From Eledone cirrhosa (taxonomy: Eukaryota), in contig OZ024743.1 of the NCBI GenBank assembly GCA_964016885.1, positions 69,130,001-69,194,000 on the forward strand: a stretch of DNA of 64,000 nucleotides, given 5' to 3'. Each line of letters begins with the position of its first letter. The stretch's first letter is position 1. Both the position numbers and the translations under genes were made by a program. The notes under the pieces were generated by a model. It worked only from the letters and a program-made list of their open reading frames with translations. It made no database searches and was not told the DNA's origin. Of this stretch, positions 51,500 through 64,000 are shown piece after piece.

Positions 51500-51890
51500 A
51501 TGTGAAAGTTTAGACGAGATGTCGAAAATGTTTCGAGCCCCATCATTTAGGTGGTACTATCAGCTGGTCATATCGAAATAAGAACCTTCGGAGGAACTCT
51601 GTTCCCACCGCTTGTATTCCTTATCATATTCTTTCGGTCATCACCCAATATTCTTAACCCTGGGTAAAAGTTGGCACGAATACAGAATTGAAGTTAGAGT
51701 TTTTAGCTTTTATGCCTTCCATCCTTCTTCTCATTACAGAATGCTAAAGTTGGCGCATTACTGTACCAGCTCCTGCAATTCTTGTCCTTAATTCAGCCTT
51801 CTGCTTTCCATCAGTTGTGAACATGGCCCCGAGATGCTTGAACTTCTCTACCTGCTTCAGTGGAACAACATTTACATTTAGAGTGCACTT
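51500..51890 (-). mobile_element. Degenerate RTE-like LINE RT fragment
   Basis: LKQVEKFKHLGAMFTTDGKQKAELRTRIAGAGTVMRQL, with a downstream FVPT..WVMTER-like relic. Confidence 0.7.
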
Positions 51891-52069
51891 CACAGACTTC
51901 CATGCAGCAATCGGCATTAAACCTATCAAGTACCAGTCAGAAATCACCGTCAGTTGCGTTAAGTTATACCATGTTGTCTGTAAACTTACACCAGCCAGTG
52001 ATGACGCCACTTCCGTCCCGGCTGTGTATGTCAAAAGTGTTCATGTAAATAACTGTTTCTACTTTTGGC

Positions 52070-52230
52070 ACAAGGCCAGCGATTATCACAGTGAATTACT
52101 GGTACTTTACTTTATCGACCCCCAAAGGATGAAAGGCAAATTTAACCTCGGCGGGATTTGAACTCATACCGAAAAGGACCGTAACTCTATGTTGTAAAGC
52201 ATCGCGTCTGACCCTTTACCAATACTGCCA
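52070..52230 (-). mobile_element. tRNA-derived SINE
   Basis: Reverse complement of the 45120 family (ggatgaaaggcaaatttaacctcggcgggatttgaactca). Confidence 0.7.
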
Positions 52231-53020
52231 AGGAGAGGTGATAGAACGCAACTTTGGCGGAGATCGGCTCCTACATTGATTGGTTTCGATTTAGCGCTAT
52301 TTATCCGAATACAAATACTTGGGCATTCGTATAGAGACATCAAGGTAGTAAGAAGCCGACCATCGATTCTCTACTCCAGCAGAACATTACACAACAGGTC
52401 AGATGAACGCAGTGACAGTCAAAGGCCAAAAGAAGTCATAGACCAGAGACGCCCCTGGCCGTATAGCCAAGACACACCGCTAGAGCGACCGAGGCGAGCG
52501 GAGCTTTAGGCCAACAACGCTATAGCTAGCTGCTATAGCCAATACACAGAGCTAGAGCTTGCAAAGCGAGAAGGAACAGAGCCCGCCAACGCTGCTGGGC
52601 GGGCGCTATAGCCGAAATACACAGCTAGAGCTTGCGAGGCGAGAGGGAATAGAGCACACCAAAGCTTTCTTATACATTCTATCTTGGCGCGAGGAGATTG
52701 AAAATTTATAAAACTTATACAATTATGTAACCAGCAATTGTACCATACAACCACCGACACAGCTAGAATGTTTAAGTATGTTTAAAACTTATACTGTAAA
52801 GATTAACCTTTGTAATCTTTATGGACTTACCTACGTTACAGTTACGTACGGATTAGCTTCAATAATTTACCTCGTTTGAAACTGGGTTCGATTATCCTAT
52901 CAATTATTAAAGACTAATACTTACTTTTACTTATTTAATTATTTTCAAGTTTGTCTGTACAAATAACTAATTCTCTTTCTGTCTGTCTATCTCTCTCTCT
53001 CTCTTTCACTCTCAACCCTC

Positions 53021-53084
<64 letters not shown>

Positions 53085-53087
53085 TTG

Positions 53088-53470
53088 CGAGGTTTTTGAT
53101 AAGGAATCGTGTGTCGAAACAAATATTGTCATACTTGGTGAGGGTCATATTGTTATAATAATATTGCCAGAATTAATAACAGAACACACTCACTGTTTGG
53201 TTGGTTTTCGCTTCTGTATCTTTTATATCAGTTAATTTATTCGGTCCTCAATATTTAGCATTGACTGACCAACGGTCAAAAATACAGATATAATATACCC
53301 AGAAACACATATATATATAGTCTAACCGAGTTCTTTCTTTGCACATCTGCAACCTCGTCAGTGGTGCTACTATGTTTCCTCCTGTTGTGTTGTATCTCTA
53401 CGCCATCTTTATTTAATCTGTTTATTTATTTATTTATTTATGTTTGTCTTCTTCTCTGCGCATGCGTTTG
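53088..53470. repeat. Paralogue of 1890-2268, extended by a degenerate U3-A8 HHR-like motif (53088-53137, + strand)
   Basis: TTGATAA-gga atcgtgtg tc-GAAAC AAATATT GTC-atactt; stems are weak. Confidence 0.6.
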
Positions 53471-53756
53471 ATGCGTTTGTTGCATTTTTTTATGTGCATA
53501 GCATGCCTTGACATTTCGGGAAAATCGGATAGACGTAACGCCTCAAAAAAGACCAAAAAAACTGAAAAAATGAAGTGGTTCGCCTAATGATGGTCCGAGG
53601 GTATCAAAAATTTAAATTTTTTATGTGCATAACACTCTCTGAAACATAAGTGTTACACATGTAAAGTTTGAAAAAAGATCGGTTGGGTACTTCTCGAGTT
53701 TTGGGAATTCAAATTCACACACACACACAGACATCCTCAGTTTTATATATATATAT

Positions 53757-54347
<591 letters not shown>

Positions 54348-54366
54348 TAAATATATATATATGTAT

Positions 54367-54399
<33 letters not shown>

Positions 54400-54469
54400 T
54401 AAATATATATATATATATGTATATATATAAATATAAATATATATATATATAAATATATATATATATATG

Positions 54470-54556
<87 letters not shown>

Positions 54557-54559
<3 letters not shown>

Positions 54560-54996
54560 GTAGGAGGTGAGTTTTATTGTAGTACAATAAAGTAATGCAG
54601 ATATCGGATAAGATGCACTCTACAGTTTGTTGGACTGGAGTATACATAATATAAGATCAAAAGATGGTTAAAGGAGTTCCATGTATTTTATTATGCGCAT
54701 TTCAAAAACAAACATAATCATGCAATAATAATATTTGTGTTTTCATCAGATAAAACAGGAGAACATGATATGAAGGCTAAAAAACAGTTGTGGATAGTGC
54801 AGTTTTAAATCAACATATGAAACCACTTTTCATATGTTGATTTAAAACTGCACTATCCACAAGTGTTTTTTAGCCTTCATATTATGTTCTCCTGTTTTAT
54901 CTGATGAAAACACAAATATTATTATTGCATGATGATGTTTGTTTTTGAAATGCGCATAATAAAATACATGGAACTCCTTTAACCATCTTTTGATCT

Positions 54997-55003
<7 letters not shown>
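54557..55003. mobile_element. Inverted (divergent) pair of the 265-bp HHR element; HHRs at 54686-54755 (-) and 54895-54964 (+)
   Basis: Centre tcaacatatgaaa-ccact-tttcatatgttga; both HHR cores intact (CTGATGA...GAAATGCGCATA). Confidence 0.85.
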
Positions 55004-55076
<73 letters not shown>

Positions 55077-55079
<3 letters not shown>

Positions 55080-55832
55080 ACGTAAAATAAGAAAATTTTA
55101 AAAATTAAAAATCAACTTACTAAAATTTTCACTCCAACTAATTAGTGTCTGTAATGGGATAAATATAGTTACATACTATAACTATAGAGAATTCATTACG
55201 TCATTAGGGAGTCTATTCTCAGCTAAGTTCCCAGGCAATGCGCGGACACTAGGAACCCATATAAAAATAATAATTCAGTGGATGAAATAAAGCTAGCGAG
55301 GACTAAATTCGGAGCACTGAAAAAATTTCACTGCCTCTGGTCAGTGGCAGATTGTAAAGAATCAATCACATGACACCGAGGTTAATCAGTTAGGAGCGGG
55401 GTGGTATTATGACAAGAGCCTACTACTTCTTTAGAATCTGCCACTGACCAGAGGCAGTGAAATTTTTTCAGTGCTCCGAATTTAATCCTCGCTAGCTTTA
55501 TTTCATCCACTGAATTATTATTTTTATATGGGTTCCTAGTGTCGGCGCATTGCCTGGGAACTTAGCTGAGAATAGACTTCCTGATGACGTAATGAATTCT
55601 CTATAGTTATATTATGTAACTATATTTATCCCATTACAGAAACTAATTAGTTGGAGTGAAAATTTTAGTAAGTAAGTTGATTTTTAATTTTTAAAATTTT
55701 CTTATTTTACGTCTTTCATATAATTGTTCTGCACCCCCCTGCATAGAACCACATCGGTACTAAGACATAGCGTATATATTTGCTAGCATGAGTGTACATC
55801 TGTACACATATGTTGGTAGATGTACTAATTCT
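55077..55832. mobile_element. Inverted pair of a diverged relative of the 570-bp array unit
   Basis: 55077-55427 (-) and 55428-55832 (+) align to the 47174 unit; the minus-arm HHR is mutated (CTAATGA, GACA). Confidence 0.85.
55576..55657 (+). ncRNA. Type I hammerhead ribozyme, covarying paralogue of the array HHR
   Basis: ACTTC-CTGATGA-cGTAATG..TATAGTT/AACTATA..CATTACa-GAAAC TAATTA GTT-GGAGT. Confidence 0.85.
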
Positions 55833-55918
55833 ATATATATATATATATATATATATTATTGGCAACATGACCCTCCCAAAATATAACAATATATATATAT
55901 AAATATATAAATATATAT

Positions 55919-55968
<50 letters not shown>

Positions 55969-56226
55969 GGGGGGGGGGCATATATATATATAAAGAGAGA
56001 GAGAGACTGAGAGAGAAAGAGAGACTGGGATGCCAAGAAAGATATTCATAGATACGCCCGTGAGTGTTGTACAACTACAGCCAAACATACAAATACATTA
56101 TCCCCCCCTCCCCCGCATTTCAGTCCTACTTTGCACCTGGAAGCCAGTTTCCTTGAAAACGTCTCTAAATTTGAAAATATCACTTTTAGTAACCGAACGG
56201 AAATCAAAATATATTCGAAGAAACAA

Positions 56227-56293
<67 letters not shown>

Positions 56294-57039
56294 GCTCTCT
56301 CTCTCTATATATATATATACATAGCCCATTAGGACATTGTGATGATTTCTTCGAAATTAAACAGTTCTAGTCCTGTAGAAGCCTTTCTATATTAAGTATT
56401 TATACTCTGCCTTGTATTAAGTACCTTACTTATTGTGGTTATCCCCGATTGACCCGATTATATATATATAAAGAGAGAGAGAGACGCTCAACTTTTCTGC
56501 TGAATATCAGATGTGAACCTTTACCACTGAGGGGTAAACAGTGAAACTCCCTGCCTAACCCTCGTTGTACACTATTTACCATAGCGCTAGCAGCCCACCA
56601 CAACTATTTCCTACAGAATCTCCTATTTGTTAAGTCTATTTAAGGTAGAGATTATAATAATATCAATGACTTGTCGTAGCTCAAAGTGTAGGTTACCTTA
56701 GTTTAGGTTACCATAGTTTAGGTTTCCATGGGTTAGGTTACCATAGTTTAGGTTATCATAGGGTAAGTTAACATATGTTCGTTAATGTTAGGCTAGGCTG
56801 CTTTACTTAGTGAGTTAGAACTCACTTGCGACTGAAGTGTTTTAGAAGTGACTTAGACTTTAGCGCGTCAACAAATTTTTGAATTATTTTCCCTGCAAGT
56901 TCTTCAATTTTTGGCGGTTGTCATATCCGGCGAATATAGACCAAAACCAGAATTACATCTCAGAATGTTAGGGGTCAACCTATGTGCCGGATCGACTTGT
57001 ACGCCGGCATATACGGTATAAATATATATATATATATAT

Positions 57040-57231
57040 AACGAAGGAAGTGTGGTAAAGAACCAGATGGACCATAACGCACCAGAGTAATCAATACTTA
57101 GGGTAGTAGTGTTTATTAATAGGAAAATGTTTAACCCCGACGGCAGAGCTCAAGCCGTTTCGACAGCTATTTCTGGAGCCCAGAAATAGCCGTCGAAACG
57201 GCTTGAGCTCTGCCGTCGGGGTTAAACATTT

Positions 57232-57235
<4 letters not shown>
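57040..57235 (-). mobile_element. Hairpin-plus-tail short element with a near-perfect ~55-bp stem (57121-57235)
   Basis: aaaatgtttaaccccgacggcagagctcaagccgtttcgac.gctatttctgg / reverse complement. Confidence 0.75.
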
Positions 57236-57274
<39 letters not shown>

Positions 57275-57398
57275 CATGTATACTTATGATGCATACTGTA
57301 TGTCTGAAAAACTAATCAATTTAGGTACACCTACTTTTATTATCAGTCGTACTTTCGCACTCTCACACACACGCTTATGCGTAAACATACATTCATAA

Positions 57399-57437
<39 letters not shown>

Positions 57438-57532
57438 CAATCATACACACACTTACACACAGATATATATATAGTCATATATGTATGTGGTGTGTAGATA
57501 TAGGGGTGGTTGTAGTAGTAGTAGTAGTATTA

Positions 57533-57568
<36 letters not shown>

Positions 57569-58019
57569 GTGGTAGTGGTAGTGGTAGTAGTAGTAGTAGT
57601 AGTAGTAGACGTGTTTTCTTGTTCAGCAGGCCGCAAAAAGGAAGTTGTTTATAGTATAAAAATATACTCGTTTATATAGCTTCATAGCTAACATACAGCG
57701 GAACAAAGCTGAAATATCATAAAATAGGAAAACTGAAATAAAACAAACATTCTTCTTTACAGCTTCTGGATTTAATGTTTAGAGAAATGAATGAGAGCTA
57801 TTTAATGATAAATATTTTTCAAACACAATATTTGTGATTTTTTTCTTTCAACGCTTGGAACAGTTCTAAAAAAACTTTAGATTAATCCAAAGTGATAAAA
57901 CATTTTTCTATTTTATTGCATTACTTCTAGTATAACAATAAAGTTTTCAAATCTCACAGAAACGTTTTTAACATTATCAAGTGTACTATGCACATTTTAT
58001 GCTTGTTCTTATACACATT

Positions 58020-58345
58020 ACTGTGTCTTTAAGATTGGATGGAACGTTACAAGTGAGAGCAAGTTCTCCGACTCCAACTTAGTTGCTTCAACCACAAACA
58101 CCTGTACCTCAGCCCGCATTGCAAAGGAGAGATAGACAAGCAAAAACCTGGACTTGTCTGATCGCTTACTATTCGCAACAGCCGTTGTTAAAAGATTAGA
58201 CGTCCTCGGACACCATGCTGTCGAGCTCCTCCGTAAAATCGGATCGTCAGCAGCTCGTCTGAGGAGGTAACACCGCGATGTGGACTGACTGTTGGAGTGA
58301 GTGGCGCTGGTAATTGTCTGCAGAAATTCCTTTGCAGTTTTCTCA
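58020..58345 (+). mobile_element. Degenerate restriction-like endonuclease C-terminus of a CRE/NeSL-type retrotransposon
   Basis: WNVT..DSNLVAS..SARIAKE..DLSDRLLF...LDVLGHHAVELLRKIG...VALVIVCRN pattern with stops. Confidence 0.5.
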
Positions 58346-60508
58346 ATGGGGCGTAGCCCAAACACCACCTTCTCCTCTTTCCATCCCTTTCTTCCCTTGC
58401 CTCATAATCCTTGCTTTTTCCCTCTTTTTCCTCTCATGTATGGCATTTATAGCCCTTTCTCCTACTTTCCTACACAGTCAGATCTACCCTTCTGTACCCC
58501 TTCCCCTTCTGTTCGTTGCTTGGTTTTGTTTTTATTCCCTTTTTTTTTGTCGTTTTCTTTCATATTCCCATTAATATTAATAATGTTGTTTATACAACTG
58601 TGCATTGATTTATTTTCTGGAATTTTAATTCAACAAATGGGTTTCCATGGATTCGACACCATATAAGGATAACTCGACTAATAATAGCAACCAGTAATGT
58701 CATATGATCCTCATTCTCATTTCTTCGAGTGATTTCTCGTTCCTTCTCGTGAGCCGGCAATTTGATTTTGTCTGAAGTCTGCACATTTTAATGAAAATTT
58801 ATATGCTCTCATGGTTTACTGTCAGCCAATATCTGCAATTATCTGAATTATGACTCTTGATATTATTTATTAGTATATCGAAATAATTGTTTTTCAATTG
58901 ATTATTATAGTATTAATATAATTTATAATTTAATAATATGGTGTTCAATGGATATTTAATTAATTGTCAAATGTTTTGAAAACGTAGTTATACCTAAGAG
59001 CGTTCCGGTGACAAATGTTCCAGTTGTTAGAACAATGTAACAAGATGGAGGTGAATTTAACGTGGAAGGGGTTCATCATTCCATTGATTCGTATATCATT
59101 AACTTTGTTATTGCTGCGATTCCCCATGAGAGATCGTGCGACAAGGCTGGCTCTTTGACTTACAAGGACAACTAGTTAATTTACAGCTGAATGGGCGGGA
59201 GCGGCGTGAGATAAAGTTTCTTGCTCCAGGACAGAGCGCACTGCCGTGGGTTGAAATCATTCTATTACGATATTGAACTCATCACTCTAACAAGTTAGCC
59301 ACATCTTTTCACAATATTTTCATATAGAGGATCTCAAAATCAATATATCTCTCACAATGTAACAATTTGGAACCGTTTACCCTGTGAGAAGCTATACAAG
59401 GCATTAAATATTGTGGCATGAATGCAGAAGGATAGCTGCCTTTCACGCAGTTTAATACTGGTCATCATTAAGCCACGAATATGGGCGTTAGTCAAATGGT
59501 TAAATAAGGGATAATATACTTACCGTAACAGAATAACTTCATTGAATTTACATTATACTATTTACAAGGAGAAATAAAATCTTTAGCCTGAAAATTAATT
59601 GTGGTCACGAAACTCATTGTAGAACATTTCTGTATCTATTTAAAACGAACTGTTCTATATGTTAACACACTTTAACTATTTGAATCTCAAGCAAAAATCA
59701 GGAATGAATATTATACTCCGATATGTTATTTTGCATAGCTTAGAAAAAATAGAAAATCTTGATCGCAGGAAAATTTCTGTTAACACAGCTTACAAAATCG
59801 TGTAAAATTACCTCTATATGGAAAAAGTGACCACTAGTTGCTATAAAAGATCGAAATCCGTACCACTCACAGCTCTGTAATATTGTGACAAACGAGCCCT
59901 AACGACAGTTACCGTATTGAATAGAAGCTAAATATTAGACTTTCAATGAAAAGAAGTATATATATATATATATATAAACATTGGAGTGTCGAGTGAGCTG
60001 AAATTCTTAGAAATTGTAGAAAATCCCCAACGCAGTAAAATAGCTCTGAATACAATTTAAAAACCCGGATGAGATATTACTACAGGCAGAAAATTAGACC
60101 AGCAGCAGCTACAGAAAATAAAGCTCTGAGTAGTTGAGAGATCGATTCTCTGCAGTGGCTGATTGCCACTTTTCCCCTCCTTAATGCTATTTCACCTGAT
60201 TTTCTAAGCTGTGTTCAGAGATATTTACCTGTTTCAGCTACATTCTCTAAACACTTTATTTAATTCGATGATCCAGTTGTTTCTTCACAAATATTATTTA
60301 GTGTTCAGCTTTTCAGTATTTATTATCTGTAAATCTTCATATGTTTAGGTCTATGGACTGTCAAGTAGTAATAATACTGTGCATGTATGCATGGACCTGT
60401 AACATCTGGTGGAGTCGTGGAGTGTTTCGTGGAATGGGGGTTGTAAACCTGTTGCAGTACATTGCCTTTTCACGACTGAAATCAGCCGATCTCTTCAGCG
60501 AAGAATAG

Positions 60509-60594
<86 letters not shown>

Positions 60595-62190
60595 CAGTCG
60601 ACGATACTTGACTGGTAATGTTTTTTTATCAACCAGAAAAAGATTTATGGCAGAGTTAGCCTCAACGGAGTATGCAAATTATTCTATATTTCTTTTACTG
60701 ATCTTCATTTATCGAACCGCTATGTTCCGAGATATAAGCTTTGAGGTTGGGAGAAATCTAAACAAAATCACAGAAGCTGACACACACACAAATACACATA
60801 TACATGCACATCCAAATATACACATACACACACACAAATACACATATCCATAGACACAGAGAAGACAGCTACTTTAGTTCCAGTGTACGAAATTTCACTC
60901 AGAAAACTTAGGTTAACTCAACGGTGTGGTAAATGACTCATGCCCATGGTGAAGATACATATATCTGACTGATATTGCTAGCAAGCCCGGGAATTACATG
61001 AAGGCTCCCTTTATGTTTCTAAAGTAAATAAATATCATATCAGAAGCCTTTCAAATCGAAAATGGAAACCTTATCTTGAAATCAATTTTTGAATGTTCGT
61101 TTAGTTTTCAAATAGATATATTCTGTAATATGTTTCCCCCTTTTCCAAAGTTCCATTATATAAATTACTTATTTATAGAACGTGTATGACAGTTTTATTA
61201 AAGTAGAGAAATGTAAGCTTCTTCATCCAACCATTCAATACATGTGTTCAGTCATGAATGACAAAACACTTCATATTCACCAAAGTTAGCATTGGCACCT
61301 CCTTAAAATGGCAATATACACCAACCATATGTTTTCAATAAAAATAGACTTAACACCTTCTACTGATGGATCCCTAAATCCTGCATGTTCGGCAAATAAT
61401 AAAATATAATATTGTGTATAAATAAACAAAATAAAAAGAATCAAAAAGTAACACGCTTGATATATAACGGCAGCAGATATCAAAGTAATGTTCAAACCGT
61501 TGAGCATTCATCGCCCACGTATACCTTTAACGTAGGTGTAATAGAAATTCAAGAAAATAGAGTGTGGGAGAAGGGGAATCTATTTTCCAGCAAAGGCACC
61601 TGCATCAACGGGAAAATATAGTGTCTTCCTCAAAGATCCACCACTGGGAATCAAACTAATGGCCCGACGATCATGAATCGACAACCAAAAGTATAAACAG
61701 CCCACCTACACAATCACGGGTCACTGATTTTCGAAATCTAACCACAAGACATTTTAATTTATTTATATGTGTCTTCTAGACGGCTAATGTCATCCTTTTG
61801 TTCCAGCGGTGGCAGACAATTGTTTCAGAGTTATTGCTCCTTATGGAGACTGTGTATTCTCTCGTCGGTGATACCAACTGGAACTGCAGAAAATACATCA
61901 ATGGTATACATCTGCTGATTAGCCGATGTATACCATTGAGAATACTATGTTTGTAATCATATCAGGTTTTGTGGAACATAGGGTTGTTTGTTTCAGATGA
62001 TCAACGGAGTACTCACATGTCCATGGCATGAACAATGGTGAACGTGATAATTGATCATCAGTCGATCAGAAACAATATCACAATTGACTTCTTTTGAAAC
62101 ATGGATTTATCGGTTTTAAAGTTGTCGTTTACAACTATCTGTGATGTACGTCGCTTAAATTTCCATGATATCTGTCTAACTTGGCACTGG

Positions 62191-62305
<115 letters not shown>

Positions 62306-62408
62306 AACATAAATACAAATATAAATTAGCGAGAATCGCCCTTTCGGCTATTGGAAATTAGCGTAAAACAACTTCCGAGATGTGTGGCAAGCGCTCCATA
62401 GAAACTAG

Positions 62409-62471
<63 letters not shown>

Positions 62472-62579
62472 GGTTATAATATTATAGATGTAGCGAGATC
62501 TAGGCAAATTGATGTCTATTGAAACGTACGTCAGAACCGAATAAATCTCTTTTACTGCATCTTTCTGTTCTTTTTAATT

Positions 62580-62655
<76 letters not shown>

Positions 62656-63011
62656 ATCTGTGGTTGTGTTTGTGTGTGTATGTGTGTGTGTGTGTGTGCT
62701 CGTGTGTGTGTGTGTGTGTTATATAGGTTGTCGGTTTGGGAGAGTCGTAAGAGCATTGGATAATTCTATCTTGTCTCAGCGCTCTATGTTCAAATCCCAC
62801 CGAGGTTCAGTTCCTCATGTTCAGTTCTGGTGCAGCCCTCTGTCTTTCCAGCAGGCACATCAATGTTCCACTGGGTGATAGAAGGGGTGATTGAAAAGGT
62901 GTCTGTGTCTGCTCACGATTGGATAGGCACAGAATAGTCTTTGCAAAAACATCGTAGAAACAACTAAGTAATACTCCATTGCTAGTTTAGTGACAGATGT
63001 AGTGGTATATA

Positions 63012-63057
<46 letters not shown>

Positions 63058-63085
63058 GTTATATATATGTATATATATGTATATG

Positions 63086-63149
<64 letters not shown>

Positions 63150-63233
63150 GTTTCCTATTAAACAATGCTTCAAGCGAGCTACAAAGCTCTTTTATATATA
63201 CATACTTACACACACACATATATATATATATAC

Positions 63234-63295
<62 letters not shown>

Positions 63296-63464
63296 AAGGT
63301 AAACAAAAACCAACACATTGGAATGATACAGTTTAATGAACACATATTAGGTTTATGCTTGAAATAGTAGGACACATTTTTTGGACGTTCTTCCTTCGTC
63401 TGAAGAAGGAGTGAGAGATAAAATAAGGAAGAGTAACATAGCCTAAAATAATGGTTCTTATATA

Positions 63465-63640
63465 GGCACAAGGCCAGCAATTTTTGGGGTGGGGAAAGTC
63501 GATTAAATCGATCCCAGTACGTTACTGGTACACTATTTTATCGACCCTGTAAGGATGAAAGGCAAACTTAACCTCGCCGGGATTTAAACTCAGATCGTAA
63601 CGAACCGTAAGACGATGCTGCCAATCAACTGCTCTTAGAT
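63465..63640 (-). mobile_element. tRNA-derived SINE
   Basis: Reverse complement of the 45120 family. Confidence 0.7.
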
Positions 63641-63814
63641 AGCCTAAAATAATAATAAGTAGAAACGGAAAACACATTTTTTGTTGAGCAAACACGAGTG
63701 TCAGACATGTTTTCAGACTTTTCGGGACCTTCAGAAAGTTAGACATTCTTCAATCTCTAGACGTAGATATAGATATAAATATTTCAAAATGTAACGGGCA
63801 AACACAAAAATACA

Positions 63815-63851
<37 letters not shown>

Positions 63852-64000
63852 CTCTCTCTCGCTCTCGCTGTCTCCACCCCCCCCCCCCCATTCTCTCTCT
63901 CTCTATATATATATGTGTGTGTGTGTTTCATTTGGTTGATGCAAAAAAATGCAGTTTTTGATATGTTAAAGTCTGATGAAATAAACTATACTCGAGCAGC

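Noticed and set aside
52455-52660. Three GC-rich ~70-bp degenerate repeats
   Set aside because: No recognisable coding or RNA motif; probably a minisatellite within an unidentified repeat.
58590-58784. Possible host exon (QTSDKIKLPAHEKEREITRR...) on the minus strand
   Set aside because: Short, with weak splice signals and no recognisable domain; it needs RNA-seq evidence.
62472-62538. Hammerhead 3' half GAAAC GTAC GTC-AGAACC
   Set aside because: The CUGANGA box is absent; at most a decayed relic.
63963-64000. CTGATGA near the window end
   Set aside because: No GAAA or stems are visible before the window ends.

Overview
AT-rich, repeat-saturated eukaryotic DNA with no convincing host gene. 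A tRNA-derived SINE type, a mariner MITE and the huge (TA)n/(TACA)n fields point to a cephalopod (Octopus-like) genome; this is inference. Most ORF-track entries are microsatellite translations. The real content is: (1) four Penelope-like retroelements (PLEs), including one intact 813-aa Naiad-type RT + GIY-YIG ORF with pseudo-LTRs; (2) about 20 hammerhead ribozyme (HHR) motifs read by eye, from about ten unrelated repeat families embedded in TA microsatellites; (3) relics of L1/Tx1-like, CR1-group, RTE and CRE-like LINEs, Helitrons and a Tc1/mariner element; (4) local tandem and inverted duplications. The most notable system is a set of non-coding HHR repeats. These include a 4 x ~570 bp head-to-tail array whose extended stem II shows compensatory changes against a diverged paralogue, a 2 x 478 bp array, and two or three families using the variant U3-A8 core (UUGAUAA). 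They resemble retrozyme-like, possibly circular-RNA-producing, non-autonomous partners of PLEs. All structures were read by eye and none has been folded or tested.
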